Positions 1 to 10,435 are shown, numbered from the stretch's first letter. The stretch is DNA of 64,000 nucleotides from Myxococcales bacterium (GCA_037445065.1 JBBILD010000016.1:1-64000), one strand, 5' to 3'. Notes: a model not told the origin generated them from the letters alone. Numbers and translations are program-made.

Positions 1-1175
1 GTGTCGGTTGGGGTCCATGTGGGAGTCAGGGTGGGAGAGGGGGTCGGCGTCAGAGTGGGCGTCAAACTCGGCGTCGGGCTGTAGGTGGGGGTATGCGTGG
101 GAGTGAGCGAGGGTGTGTGCGTGGGGGTGCTGGTTGGAGTTGGAGACGGTGTGGGTGTGAAGGTGCGGGTACGAGTGCGCGTCGGGGTAGGGCTCTCGGT
201 GGGAGTGACGCTGGGCGAGGGAGTCTGAGTGAGCGTGGGGGTGAGGGTTGGTGTGGCCGTGCCAGGGATCACCGTGACCGCGTAGCTGAGCGAGCCAGTA
301 CGCGGCGGTTGCGCGAGCGAACGCACCTCGGCGGCGATTTGCACTGTGCCGAGAGGGGCATCGGCCCACGCCCCGCGTACGCGAAAGCCGCGCACACCGA
401 AGCGCGGCGGATTGGAGCAGGGGCGCTCCCCACTGTCGTCGCACGTCTCGAGGGAAAGAGGAACAGCGAAGGAACGGCCTCCTTGGCTTGCGACGAGGCG
501 AACACTGGAGGCGTCCACGCCCCACACCGCGTCGGCCGCCAGCACGTCGAAGCGCAAGGGGGCCGCGCGCACTGCGCCCGCCGGTGGTTCGAGCGGCAAC
601 ACAAAGGGGAGAGAGCGGACCTGCAAGGTTCCCGAGCCCGTTCGCTGCCCGGGTAGAATCTCTGCCTCGGAGGAGTCACTCGCGTAGGAGGGCGCTGCCG
701 GGCGCTCGACATCGCAACTGCGGCCGAGGTCGCTCGGATCGGTAGCACAGCGGGGAAAAACTCCGCCGGGCGAAGGGGCAAAATCCACCGGAAAGCCGGC
801 GAGCGTGAGTGTGGCTCTTCCTGGCGGCAGCCCGGCAATGCCGAGCACGCGGTTCCCGCTCCCTGGCTCGATCGGGACCTCTTCCGGGCGCACCGCCAGG
901 CAGCAGGTTTGCCCCGAGGCATCGCGAACCACCACCCGCACGGTGCGAACCGCGGCGGGAAGGCGCGCAGAGAAACTCCCTCCTGGCTGCTCCCACACGG
1001 CTTGCACCGCGAGGCGGCCTACCGGCCCCGGGGTTCCTGGCGTCACTGGTGGGGTTCCGCCTGTGCCGCCATTCCCGCCGAGGCAGCCGGCCAAAACGAG
1101 CAGGGCGAGCAGTGGAGTCGTCGAACTCAGGATGCGGTGCGAGAGCAGCGGAGGAACGGATCGTGTGTGTTGCAC
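1..1175 (-). CDS. Putative lipoprotein with long Pro/Thr-rich linker (3' end runs off the window)
   Basis: Translated by hand (absent from the ORF track). GTG at 1175 follows an AAGGGGG RBS; MQHTRSV...[10 protein letters not shown] lipobox; frame stays open to the window edge and ends in TPTLTPT...TPTWTPTD repeats. Confidence 0.8.
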   Translation of the reverse strand, partial: MQHTRSVPPLLSHRILSSTTPLLALLVLAGCLGGNGGTGGTPPVTPGTPGPVGRLAVQAVWEQPGGSFSARLPAAVRTVRVVVRDASGQTCCLAVRPEEVPIEPGSGNRVLGIAGLPPGRATLTLAGFPVDFAPSPGGVFPRCATDPSDLGRSCDVERPAAPSYASDSSEAEILPGQRTGSGTLQVRSLPFVLPLEPPAGAVRAAPLRFDVLAADAVWGVDASSVRLVASQGGRSFAVPLSLETCDDSGERPCSNPPRFGVRGFRVRGAWADAPLGTVQIAAEVRSLAQPPRTGSLSYAVTVIPGTATPTLTPTLTQTPSPSVTPTESPTPTRTRTRTFTPTPSPTPTSTPTHTPSLTPTHTPTYSPTPSLTPTLTPTPSPTLTPTWTPTD

Positions 1176-1726
1176 CCTTACCCCCTTCTACCTGTTGCCC
1201 GAGCCCATGACCCACCGCGACAGTGCCGCCTTTAGAACGGCCAGCTTGTCAAGTAAAGCGAAATTTACGGCCCGCCCTTCCCGCACGGGCGCGAAACGCT
1301 GGAGCTTCTCGTCCGCTTCCGCGCGCAAAGCAAAACCACCGCTTGGTCGTTGTCTGCTGCTTCCGGATTCGAGGCCGTGGGTCCGGTTCTTTCTGCGGGC
1401 GACGGATGCAACCTCTCCCGCATTCCGGGTCTCGAGGCCCCATCGAGCCGCGCGCTGCCAGTGGTCTGGGCGGCAGGATTCGCATCGAGGAGCGCGGGTG
1501 ACCGAGGCGGCAAGGCCATCGTGGCGGGCACGGAGTCGGCGTCCGGTGCGCGGGAACCCGCGGCAGGAGATCACCGGATGCGGCGTCTTTAGGGAAGCGG
1601 CGGGCCGCACGGGAAACTACTCGTTGCGATGAGGACCATAAGAATTCCTTGTTAGCCATTAAGGCGAATTCGCACTGGCCCTTATTGCATCGCGGATCGC
1701 CCCCAAACTAGAAGGGCGCACGCCGG

Positions 1727-2386
1727 ATGTCGCAGATCTTCCACAGGAGCACGAACGCACTGTCGCGCGCCACGATCTTTGGCGCCGTCTTTTTTTTGGG
1801 CGTGGCTGGTTACGGGCTCATGCTGCTCAACCGGTCTGGGTACGTGACCGGCGCTAGGGTGGCGCACGAGCAGCCGGTGCCGTTTAGCCACAAGCATCAC
1901 GCCAACGAGCTGGGGATTGACTGCCGGTACTGCCACAGTTCGGTCGAGGTGTCGGCCAGCGCGGGCATCCCGCCGACCAAGACCTGCATGAACTGCCATG
2001 CACAAATCTGGGCTGACAGCCCTACGCTGGAGCCGGTTCGCTCGAGCTTCAAGACCGATCAATCGATCCCCTGGATCAAAGTGCATGATTTACCTGACTT
2101 CGTTTATTTCGATCACAGCATTCACGTTGCTAAGGGCATTGGCTGTGCGTCGTGCCATGGGCAGGTGGATCAGATGAACCTGACCTGGCAGGAAAACTCC
2201 TTGCAAATGGAGTGGTGCTTGAACTGCCACCGCCACCCGGAGCAGTTCGTGCGGCCGCGCGAGCGCGTCTTCGATATGACCTATCGCGTTTCCGCCCAGC
2301 AGCAACGGGCCTTGGGGCAAAAGCTCGTGAAAGAGCACGACATTCACAAGGAACAACTCAGCAACTGCTCGATTTGTCACCGGTGA
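1727..2386 (+). CDS. actA: Alternative complex III pentaheme cytochrome c subunit A
   Basis: N-terminal TM helix; five CxxCH motifs (CRYCH, CMNCH, CASCH, CLNCH, CSICH); first gene of the act cluster. Confidence 0.93.
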   Translation: MSQIFHRSTNALSRATIFGAVFFLGVAGYGLMLLNRSGYVTGARVAHEQPVPFSHKHHANELGIDCRYCHSSVEVSASAGIPPTKTCMNCHAQIWADSPTLEPVRSSFKTDQSIPWIKVHDLPDFVYFDHSIHVAKGIGCASCHGQVDQMNLTWQENSLQMEWCLNCHRHPEQFVRPRERVFDMTYRVSAQQQRALGQKLVKEHDIHKEQLSNCSICHR

Positions 2387-2393
2387 GACCAGC

Positions 2394-5300
2394 ATGAACG
2401 ACCACGATTCACTGGCGCACGAACGTCCGCAAAAGGGCAGTGTGCCGCCCGCCGAGGGCAACGGACACGAAGCCCCCTACGACTGGGAGTCGCTGCGCGC
2501 CAAACTGTCCGCGGCAACCGGCCGCAAGTACTGGCGTAGCCTAGATGAGCTGGCCGACAGCGAGGGCTTCCGTGCCTTCTTGGAGGCTGAGTTTCCGCGC
2601 GAGGCCTCGCTCCTCGACGCGGTCGGGCGACGTCAGTTCTTGCAGCTCATGGGTGCGTCGCTCGGGCTGGCAGGTCTCAGTGCGTGCACGAAGCAGCCAC
2701 TCGAGCGCATTTATCCGTACGTCAAGCCGCCGGAAGAAGTGATTCCCGGGAAACCCTTGTTCTTTGCGACCACCTTGCCGCTGGCCGGGATCGGGCGCGG
2801 CGTGCTGGTGGAGAGCCACAGCGGCCGGCCCACCAAAGTGGAAGGCAACCCGGACCATCCGGCGAGCCTCGGCGCCACGGACATTTACGCGCAAGCCGAT
2901 ATCCTCACTTTGTACGATCCAGATCGCTCGCAAACCCCGCGCTTTGCCGGCGTGATTCGCCCGTGGGCAGCGTTCGTTGCCGCGGCGCAGGCGAGTTACG
3001 AGCAGCAAAAGGCGAAGCGGGGCGCGGGCCTGCGTATCCTCAGCGAGAGCGTAACCTCACCGAGCCTCGTAGCCATGCTCGAAGCCTTGCTGCGCGAGAT
3101 GCCGGAGGCGCGCTGGCACCGCTACCAGCCTGTCAACCGCGATGCCGTGCATGCTGGTACCCGCCTGGCCTTCGGGGAAGTGCTCGATCCTGTCTACCGC
3201 TTGGAACGGGCGCAGGTGGTGGTGAGCATCGAGGCGGACTTGCTGGGGCCGAACCCAACCGGTGTCCGCTACGCACGCGAGTACGCGCGCACCCGCCGGG
3301 TAGATGACGGCAACGCCAAGATGAGTCGCTGGTACGCGGTAGAGGCGGTGCCCTCGCTCACCGGTGCTGTAGCCGACCACCGCCTTGCCTTGCGTCCGAG
3401 CGAAATCGAGGGGTTCGTGCGTGCCTTGGCAGCCGCGCTCGGGCTGCCGGTCGCCCCGCCTGCTGGGGCGCAAAAATACGCGGCGTGGGTGCAGGCGCTC
3501 GCCAAGGACCTCAAGGCCAACCGCGGGCGAAGTTTGGTCGCGCTCGGCGAAACCCTCTCCCCGCAAGCACAGGCGCTCGCTTGGGCAATCAACGAGTCGC
3601 TCGGAAACCTCGGACAAACGGTCGAGCTGATCGAGCCGCTGGAGGCGCGGGCCGAAGAATCGCACCTGGATTCCTTGCGCGCGCTGGTGGCGGATATGCA
3701 AGCCGGAAGGGTCGAGGTGTTGCTGGTCCTTGGCGCCAATCCGGTGTACACGGCCCCCGCCGATCTGGCGTTTGCGCAGGCGCTGGAGAAGGTGCCACTG
3801 CGCATCCATTGGGGACTGTACCAAGATGAAACCGCGCAGCTCTGCCACTGGCATGTACCCGCCGCACACGTCCTCGAGTCCTGGGGGGACCTGCGCGCGT
3901 ACGACGGTACGGTTTCCCTCATCCAACCGCTGATCGCTCCGCTGTACGAAGGCAAGACCGCGCACGAGCTGCTGGCGGCCTTTAGTGACAAGCCCTCGCG
4001 CACGGCGTACGACATGGTGCGCGACTACTGGAAGGGAGTGTGGGGCGAAGCCGGCTTCGAAGAGCGCTGGCGGCGGGCATTGCACGACGGAGTGGTGGCT
4101 GGCTCGGCGGCAGAAGGGAAGTCGGTCAGGGTTGGCCCGCAAGCCACGCAGGGGCTGGCACCGTTGGCTCCAGCCCAAGGGTTGGAACTCGTGGTGCGAC
4201 CCGATCCCACCGTGTACGACGGGCGGTACGCCAATAACGGCTGGCTGCAGGAACTGCCCAAACCACTCACCAAGCTCACCTGGGATAATGCCGCGTACCT
4301 CGCTCCGTCTACCGCCGAGCGGCTCGGCTTGCACAACGGCGACGTGGTCGAGATTCGCGTCGAAGATCGGGTGACGCGGGCCCCGGTGTGGATTCAGCCT
4401 GGGCAAGCTGCGGAAACCGTTGCGGTGCACCTGGGCTACGGCCGTACCCAGGCTGGGCGCGTCGGCAGCAACGTCGGCTTCAACGCCTATACGCTATGCT
4501 CGAGCCGGGCGTTCTGGAACGCCACCGGGGTCGAGTTACGCAAGGTGGGCAAGGGGTACCGCTTTGCGTGCACGCAGGACCACTTTAGCCTTGAGGGCCG
4601 CGACATCGTGCGCAAGGGTACGCTCGAGCAGTACCGCCACGACCCCAGCTTGGCCCCGCACGGGCATGGTGAGGGCGAGCACGGGGAACTCCCTTCGATG
4701 TACCCGCCCTACCCGTACGAAGGGTATGCGTGGGCAATGTCCATTGACCTCAACGCTTGCATTGGCTGTGGTGCGTGCACGATTGCGTGCGTGGCGGAAA
4801 ACAACATCGCGGTGGTGGGTAAGGACCAAGTGGCGCGCGGGCGCGAGATGCATTGGATCCGGGTGGACCGGTACTACGAAGGCGATTGGGAAGCGCCCGA
4901 GTTCGTACACCAGCCCATCCCTTGCCAGCAGTGCGAGAACGCGCCGTGCGAACTGGTCTGCCCGGTCAATGCCACTGTGCATACCGCCGAGGGGCTCAAC
5001 GACATGGTGTACAACCGCTGCGTGGGCACCAAGTACTGCTCGAACAACTGCCCGTACAAAGTGCGGCGGTTCAATTTTTACCTGTACCAAGATTGGAATT
5101 CCGAGAGCTTGAAGGCGTTGCGCAACCCAGATGTCACGGTGCGCAGCCGCGGTGTGATGGAAAAGTGCACGTACTGCGTGCAGCGCATTAACGAAGCGCG
5201 CATTACCGCCAAGCGCGAGGGGCGTCAGATCCGCGATGGCGAAATCCTCACCGCTTGCCAGCAAGTTTGCCCGACCGAAGCCATCGTTTTCGGGAACATG

Positions 5301-5450
5301 AACGACCCCAACAGCCGCGTTGCGCGCCTGCGTTCTTTGCCTCGCAAGTACCAGTTGCTCGCCGAACTCAACACGCGGCCCCGCACGACGTATTTGGCGG
5401 CGGTACGCAATCCGAATCCGGAGTTGATGCCAGGAAAGGGTCACGCATGA
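2394..5450 (+). CDS. actB: Alternative complex III subunit B (molybdopterin-oxidoreductase-like domain plus Fe-S domain)
   Basis: YWRSLDEL N-terminal motif; Tat motif RRQFL; RPTKVEGNPDHP; C-terminal Fe-S Cys motifs CIGCGAC, CQQCENAPC, CVGTKYCSNNC, KCTYC. Confidence 0.93.
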   Translation: MNDHDSLAHERPQKGSVPPAEGNGHEAPYDWESLRAKLSAATGRKYWRSLDELADSEGFRAFLEAEFPREASLLDAVGRRQFLQLMGASLGLAGLSACTKQPLERIYPYVKPPEEVIPGKPLFFATTLPLAGIGRGVLVESHSGRPTKVEGNPDHPASLGATDIYAQADILTLYDPDRSQTPRFAGVIRPWAAFVAAAQASYEQQKAKRGAGLRILSESVTSPSLVAMLEALLREMPEARWHRYQPVNRDAVHAGTRLAFGEVLDPVYRLERAQVVVSIEADLLGPNPTGVRYAREYARTRRVDDGNAKMSRWYAVEAVPSLTGAVADHRLALRPSEIEGFVRALAAALGLPVAPPAGAQKYAAWVQALAKDLKANRGRSLVALGETLSPQAQALAWAINESLGNLGQTVELIEPLEARAEESHLDSLRALVADMQAGRVEVLLVLGANPVYTAPADLAFAQALEKVPLRIHWGLYQDETAQLCHWHVPAAHVLESWGDLRAYDGTVSLIQPLIAPLYEGKTAHELLAAFSDKPSRTAYDMVRDYWKGVWGEAGFEERWRRALHDGVVAGSAAEGKSVRVGPQATQGLAPLAPAQGLELVVRPDPTVYDGRYANNGWLQELPKPLTKLTWDNAAYLAPSTAERLGLHNGDVVEIRVEDRVTRAPVWIQPGQAAETVAVHLGYGRTQAGRVGSNVGFNAYTLCSSRAFWNATGVELRKVGKGYRFACTQDHFSLEGRDIVRKGTLEQYRHDPSLAPHGHGEGEHGELPSMYPPYPYEGYAWAMSIDLNACIGCGACTIACVAENNIAVVGKDQVARGREMHWIRVDRYYEGDWEAPEFVHQPIPCQQCENAPCELVCPVNATVHTAEGLNDMVYNRCVGTKYCSNNCPYKVRRFNFYLYQDWNSESLKALRNPDVTVRSRGVMEKCTYCVQRINEARITAKREGRQIRDGEILTACQQVCPTEAIVFGNMNDPNSRVARLRSLPRKYQLLAELNTRPRTTYLAAVRNPNPELMPGKGHA

Positions 5451-6811
5451 GCGCGCCTGCACGAGACTTGGGGCCGATAATCGGGCCCGGGCATACCTTC
5501 GAGACAGTCACCGACAAGATCGCCGCGGTGGTGCTTTCGGAGACGCGCCGCGGCTGGATGTTGGGCTTTGGGGTGTCGTTCGTTCTGCTCACCATCTTTC
5601 TGCAGTGCGTGGCGGTGTTGTTGGTGCGCGGCATCGGGATCTGGGGCATCAACATCCCGGTCGGGTGGGGCTTCGACATTATCAACTTCGTCTGGTGGAT
5701 CGGCATCGGCCACGCGGGCACCCTGATCTCGGCGATTCTCTTGCTGTTCCGGCAGACCTGGCGCACCTCGATCAACCGCTTTGCCGAGGCGATGACTTTG
5801 TTTGCCGTGGCCTGCGCGGGCTTGTACCCAGTGCTCCACCTCGGGCGGCCGTGGTTGTTTTACTGGCTCCTCCCCTACCCCAACACCATGGCGCTGTGGC
5901 CGAACTTCCGCAGCCCACTGATGTGGGACGTGTTTGCGGTGTCCACCTACGCCACGGTGTCGGCGTTGTTCTGGTTCGTGGGCCTCATTCCCGACCTCGC
6001 CACCCTGCGCGATCGTTCCCCGAGCCGGGCAGGACGCATCATTTACGGCATTCTGGCCATGGGTTGGCGCGGCTCGGCCAAACACTGGAACCGGTACGAG
6101 ACCGCTTACTTGCTGCTCGCAGGACTTTCCACGCCGCTGGTGGTTTCGGTGCACAGCGTGGTGTCCTTCGACTTCGCCGTCGGCATCATCCCCGGCTGGC
6201 ACGCGACGATCTTCCCGCCCTACTTCGTGGCGGGTGCGATTTACGCTGGGTTTGCGATGGTGCTCACCCTCACCATCCCACTGCGCAAGTACTACGGCCT
6301 CGAAGACTTCATCACCATGCGCCACATCAACTACATGGCGCGGGTCATGCTCGCCACCGGACTGGTAGTGGCCTACGGCTACCTGATGGAGGTCTTCATG
6401 GCCTGGTACAGCGGCAACGAGTTCGAGGCGTTCATGGTGAAAAACCGCCTCACTGGGCCGTACGCAACTTTGTACTTCGCCCTCATCCTGACCAACGTGA
6501 TCATCCCTCAGCTCCTCTGGTTCCACCGGGTGCGCACCAACATTCCACTGCTGTTCTGCGTGGCGATGTCCATCAACATCGGCATGTGGCTGGAGCGCTA
6601 CGTCATTATTGTTGTGAGCCTGCACCGCGACTTCCTGCCGTCGTCCTGGGGAATGTACGCGGGAACGGTGTTCGACTACGGCACGTTTTTTGGCACCATT
6701 GGTTTGTTCCTCACCTTGATGTTCCTGTTCATCCGCTTGCTGCCCATGATCTCGATCTTCGAGATGCGCACCCTGCTGCCAGAGGCAAAGGTGAAGGAGG
6801 GGCACGCATGA
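5447..6811 (+). CDS. actC: Alternative complex III subunit C (NrfD/PsrC family quinol-binding membrane protein)
   Basis: WGFDIINFVWWIGIGHAGTLISAIL, HLGRPW, NFRSPLMWD motifs; ATG at 5447 overlaps the actB stop (ATGA). Confidence 0.93.
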   Translation: MSAPARDLGPIIGPGHTFETVTDKIAAVVLSETRRGWMLGFGVSFVLLTIFLQCVAVLLVRGIGIWGINIPVGWGFDIINFVWWIGIGHAGTLISAILLLFRQTWRTSINRFAEAMTLFAVACAGLYPVLHLGRPWLFYWLLPYPNTMALWPNFRSPLMWDVFAVSTYATVSALFWFVGLIPDLATLRDRSPSRAGRIIYGILAMGWRGSAKHWNRYETAYLLLAGLSTPLVVSVHSVVSFDFAVGIIPGWHATIFPPYFVAGAIYAGFAMVLTLTIPLRKYYGLEDFITMRHINYMARVMLATGLVVAYGYLMEVFMAWYSGNEFEAFMVKNRLTGPYATLYFALILTNVIIPQLLWFHRVRTNIPLLFCVAMSINIGMWLERYVIIVVSLHRDFLPSSWGMYAGTVFDYGTFFGTIGLFLTLMFLFIRLLPMISIFEMRTLLPEAKVKEGHA

Positions 6812-7347
6812 CCGTGGTTCCGCAAATCCACGGCGTCATGGCCGAGTTTTCCGATGTGAATGCACTGCTCGCAGCCATCAAAAGGCTGCGCCAAATGGGG
6901 TACCGGGAGATGGATGCCTACACTCCCTTCCCGGTGGAAGAGGTGTGGGAAGCGCTCGGCATTCACAAAAACCTGGTGTCGAAGTTGGTTTTTTGTGGCG
7001 GGCTTGCCGGGGCGCTGTTCGGCTTTGCCTTGCAGTACTGGACCGCTGCGATCGATTACCCAATCAACGTGGGCGGGCGCCCGCTACTGAGCCTGCCTGC
7101 CTTCGTGCCCATTATCTTCGAGTGCACGGTGCTGTTCGCGGCCCTCACCGCGGTGTTGGGCATGCTCGCTCTGAACGGCTTGCCCCAGCCCTACCACCCG
7201 GTGTTCAATGTTCCGCGCTTTGCGCTCGCTTCGCGCGACCGGTTTTTCCTGTGCGTGGAGGCTACCGATCCGCTGTTCGATCGCGAGGGAACACGCCGCG
7301 TGCTCGAGTCGCTGAACCCTCTGTCCGTCGCCGAGGTGCAACCGTGA
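6808..7347 (+). CDS. actD: Alternative complex III subunit D (DUF3341)
   Basis: DAYTPFPV, YPINVGGRP, AFVPIIFE motifs; two TM segments; ATGA overlap with actC. Confidence 0.9.
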   Translation: MTVVPQIHGVMAEFSDVNALLAAIKRLRQMGYREMDAYTPFPVEEVWEALGIHKNLVSKLVFCGGLAGALFGFALQYWTAAIDYPINVGGRPLLSLPAFVPIIFECTVLFAALTAVLGMLALNGLPQPYHPVFNVPRFALASRDRFFLCVEATDPLFDREGTRRVLESLNPLSVAEVQP

Positions 7348-7964
7348 AGGTAGGCGTGTTTTCTCGAGCTGTAACGGTGCTGGCGGCGGTGGCGGCGCTC
7401 GGCAGTGCCGCCTGCCGGCAGGACATGCACGACCAGCCCAAGTTCAAGGGCTTTCGCCCGACGACGTTGTTTGCGGACGGCCGATCCGTGCGGCCCCTGG
7501 TGCTGGGTACGGTGGCGCGCGGCCACTTAAAGGACGACGAACTCCTGTACACCGGTAAGGTCGCGGGGCAGTTCAGCAACGAGTTCCCGTTTCCAGTCAA
7601 CCGTGCCGTGCTGGAGCGCGGCCAGGAACGCTACAAGATTTACTGCTCGCCGTGCCACGACCGGGTCGGGACCGGGCAAGGCATGATCGTCCAGCGCGGC
7701 TACAAACAGCCGCCGAGTTTCCATCAGGACCGGCTTCGCCAGCAGCCGCCCGGGTACTTTTACCACGTGATCAGCAACGGCTTCGGGGTGATGCCGGACT
7801 ACGCCGCGCAAATCCCGGTGCGAGACCGTTGGTCCATCGTCGCTTACATCCGCGCCTTGCAACTCAGCCAGCACGCGTCGGTGCAGGACCTCACCGCCGC
7901 GGAGCGCAACCGGCTCGACCAACCTGCCAAGACTTCGACCTCTACAGGTGGCTCCCATGACTGA
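7344..7964 (+). CDS. actE: Alternative complex III monoheme cytochrome c lipoprotein subunit E
   Basis: GTG start overlapping the actD stop; lipobox-like SAAC then RQDMHDQPK; single CSPCH; GVMPDY distal Met. Confidence 0.9.
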   Translation: MKVGVFSRAVTVLAAVAALGSAACRQDMHDQPKFKGFRPTTLFADGRSVRPLVLGTVARGHLKDDELLYTGKVAGQFSNEFPFPVNRAVLERGQERYKIYCSPCHDRVGTGQGMIVQRGYKQPPSFHQDRLRQQPPGYFYHVISNGFGVMPDYAAQIPVRDRWSIVAYIRALQLSQHASVQDLTAAERNRLDQPAKTSTSTGGSHD

Positions 7965-9150
7965 TGCCCGCTTCGACCGCAATCGGTTTTTGTTGCCAGC
8001 CGAGCACATCCTCTATCGGGCGCGCCCGCTAGTTCTGGCGGCAGGGGTGGCGTTCTTGGCGCTGTCGCTGCTCGGCGCACTGGCCAGCCCGACGCAGTTC
8101 TTCCGCTCCTACCTGTACGGCTTCTTGTTTTGGTTCGGCATTGCCATGGGCTCGATGGCGCTGCTCATGATCTACCACGTTACCGGCGGCGGCTGGGGAG
8201 CGGTGATTCGGCGAAGCTTGGAGTCGGCGGTACGCACGGTGCCGCTCCTTGCTCTGCTGTTCGTTCCGGTGGTGCTCGGCGTGCCTGCGCTCTACGAATG
8301 GGCAGATGCAGCCAAGGTGGCGCATGACCCGCTCCTGCAGCACAAGAGCGTGTACTTGAACGTCCCCTTCTTTGTGGCCCGCGCAGTCTTCTACTTCGTG
8401 GTGTGGAGCGTGTTTGCGACTTTCTTGTGGCGCTGGTCGGATGCGCAAGAAGGCGGCGACGAGGCAGCCATCGGCCGGCTGGAAAATTTGAGCCGGGGCG
8501 GGCTCGTTGCCGTGGGCCTCACCTTTACCTTTGCGGCAGTGGACTGGGCCATGTCGCTCGAACCGCACTGGTACTCGACCTTGTACGGGGTCTTGCTCAT
8601 GGGTGGCTGCTTGCTTAGTGCGATGGCTTTCATGATCCAGGTGACCGCGTTGCTAGCCACCCGCGGTCCGCTCGGTGAAGTGGTGAAGCCGCTGCAGTTC
8701 CACGACCTTGGTAAGCTCATGTTTGCGTTCGTGATGCTGTGGGCGTATTTCTCCTTGTCGCAACTGCTCATCATGTGGTCGGGAAACCTACCCGAGGAAA
8801 CTCCCTGGTATCTCAAGCGCATGAGCGGTGGCTGGCAGTACGCAGGCTTGCTCCTGATCCTGTTCCACTTTGCGCTGCCGTTCGTGTTGCTGCTCTCGCG
8901 CGAGATCAAGCGTAACGCGCGCACGGTGGCGCGGGTGGCTGCCTTCATTTTGTGCGTGCGCGCGGTGGAGGTCTTCTGGCTGATCCAACCGGCGTTCTCC
9001 CCGGAGCGATTGCACGTGCATTGGCTCGACGTGACGGCCTTGCTGGGCGTCGGCGGGGTTTGGCTGTGGGCCTTTACCGGCGGCCTACGCAATCGCCCGC
9101 TGATTGTGTGGAACGACCCGTCCTTACCTGCTGCGGGAGGACACGCATGA
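7957..9150 (+). CDS. actF: Alternative complex III subunit F (NrfD-like membrane protein)
   Basis: Multi-TM protein with DWAMSLEPHWYST, HDLGKLMFAF and WSGNLPEE motifs; position after actE. Confidence 0.9.
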   Translation: MTDARFDRNRFLLPAEHILYRARPLVLAAGVAFLALSLLGALASPTQFFRSYLYGFLFWFGIAMGSMALLMIYHVTGGGWGAVIRRSLESAVRTVPLLALLFVPVVLGVPALYEWADAAKVAHDPLLQHKSVYLNVPFFVARAVFYFVVWSVFATFLWRWSDAQEGGDEAAIGRLENLSRGGLVAVGLTFTFAAVDWAMSLEPHWYSTLYGVLLMGGCLLSAMAFMIQVTALLATRGPLGEVVKPLQFHDLGKLMFAFVMLWAYFSLSQLLIMWSGNLPEETPWYLKRMSGGWQYAGLLLILFHFALPFVLLLSREIKRNARTVARVAAFILCVRAVEVFWLIQPAFSPERLHVHWLDVTALLGVGGVWLWAFTGGLRNRPLIVWNDPSLPAAGGHA

Positions 9151-9569
9151 GCCACGCCCCGTCGCATTCTCACGCTCACGCACCCCACGGGCACAAGCCT
9201 GGGGGATATGAGACCCGCGACTTGCCCGCGCGGCCGGTGGTGGTTGCCACCGTTGTGAGCGCGGTGGTGGTGGCCCTGGTGTTCGTTGCCATGTACGTGC
9301 TGACTGGAGCGCTGGACTCCTACGTGCGCCGTACCGCCCCGCCAGCAAACCCGCTCGCTGCTGCTGCACCCAAGGAGCCTCCGGCGCCGCGCTTGCAACC
9401 GGCGCCGGCGAAGGACCTAGCGGACCTGCGCGCCTGGGAAAACGGTTTGCTGCACGGGTACGCGTGGGTGGACAAGAACAACGGTGTCGTCCGCATTCCC
9501 ATTGAACGCGCGATCGAAATCGTTGCCGAGCGCGGCTTGCCGGCGCGCGGCGAAGGAGTGAATCGGTGA
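9147..9569 (+). CDS. Small single-TM protein, probable ActG-like subunit, with His-rich N-terminus
   Basis: ATGA overlap with actF; MSHAPSHSHAHAPHGH; one TM; PPAPRLQ and GYAWVDK...RIPIERA motifs typical of this operon position. Confidence 0.7.
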   Translation: MSHAPSHSHAHAPHGHKPGGYETRDLPARPVVVATVVSAVVVALVFVAMYVLTGALDSYVRRTAPPANPLAAAAPKEPPAPRLQPAPAKDLADLRAWENGLLHGYAWVDKNNGVVRIPIERAIEIVAERGLPARGEGVNR

Positions 9570-10435
9570 GGAAGCCGACCAGCATCGCGCTCCTCCTCGT
9601 TTTGGCAGTAGGCCGCGGGGAGGCACTGCCGCAAAAGCAACCCGTGCCTGCGGGCGAGAACCCTGCCGCGAACGCGGTGTTGGAAAAGGTGGATTTCGAG
9701 CAGTTCCTCGGCCGCCAGATTCCCCTCGACCTGCGCTTTCGCGATGAGCAAGGGGCGGAGGTCACTCTGGGCCAGTACTTCCAAGATCGCCCGGTGATTC
9801 TCAGTCTCACGTATTACGAATGCCCCATGCTGTGCTCGATTGTGTTGAATGGGCTGACCAGCGCCTTGCGTGCGTTGCCGTTCGACTTGGGCAAGGAGTT
9901 CGTGGCGGTAAATGTCTCCTTCAACCCGCGCGAGACCCCGGAGGAGGCGAGCACGAAGAAGGCCAAGTACTTGGCTGAGTACCGCCGGCCGGGAGCGGAG
10001 GCAGGCTGGCACTTCTTGACGGGTGAGGAGGACTCGATCCGCCGCCTCACCGAAGCGGTGGGCTTTCGTTACGCGTGGGACGAACGTAGCCAGCAGTACG
10101 CGCACGCTGCCGGCATCGTCTTGCTGACCCCGCAAGGAAAGATCGCGCGGTATTTTTACGGAGTGGAGTTCGCACCGCGGGATTTGCGCTTCGGGCTGAT
10201 CGAAGCCTCGCAAGGGAAAATCGGCAGTCCGGTGGACAAACTCCTGCTGTTTTGTTTCCACTATGACCCTGCCACGGGGACGTACAGCGCTTGGGTGCTG
10301 AACGCGATCCGCGCGGGAGGCGTGCTGACCTTGCTCGGCCTGGGCTTGTTCCTGCTGGTCAGCTCGCGCGGCCGGCGGCCCGGCAAACCGTTGCCGCCGC
10401 CGGTGGCAGGCTCTGGGATGGTTTCGAGAACTTGA
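9566..10435 (+). CDS. SCO/SenC family copper chaperone
   Basis: CPMLC (CxxxC) motif, conserved His in YAHAA, C-terminal TM; lies directly before the oxidase genes. Confidence 0.88.
   Translation: MRKPTSIALLLVLAVGRGEALPQKQPVPAGENPAANAVLEKVDFEQFLGRQIPLDLRFRDEQGAEVTLGQYFQDRPVILSLTYYECPMLCSIVLNGLTSALRALPFDLGKEFVAVNVSFNPRETPEEASTKKAKYLAEYRRPGAEAGWHFLTGEEDSIRRLTEAVGFRYAWDERSQQYAHAAGIVLLTPQGKIARYFYGVEFAPRDLRFGLIEASQGKIGSPVDKLLLFCFHYDPATGTYSAWVLNAIRAGGVLTLLGLGLFLLVSSRGRRPGKPLPPPVAGSGMVSRT

Noticed and set aside
1..262. GT-rich periodic sequence as a DNA satellite
   Set aside because: Explained by Thr/Pro codons of the minus-strand linker, with synonymous variation between units.
1176..1726. Regulator sites or a riboswitch upstream of actA
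   Set aside because: AT-richer patches exist, but I found no convincing FNR, Rex or sigma consensus and no known RNA motif.
2394..5450. ActB as an active molybdopterin oxidoreductase for anaerobic respiration
   Set aside because: Operon context identifies ACIII, whose B subunit is known to keep the fold without a Mo cofactor.
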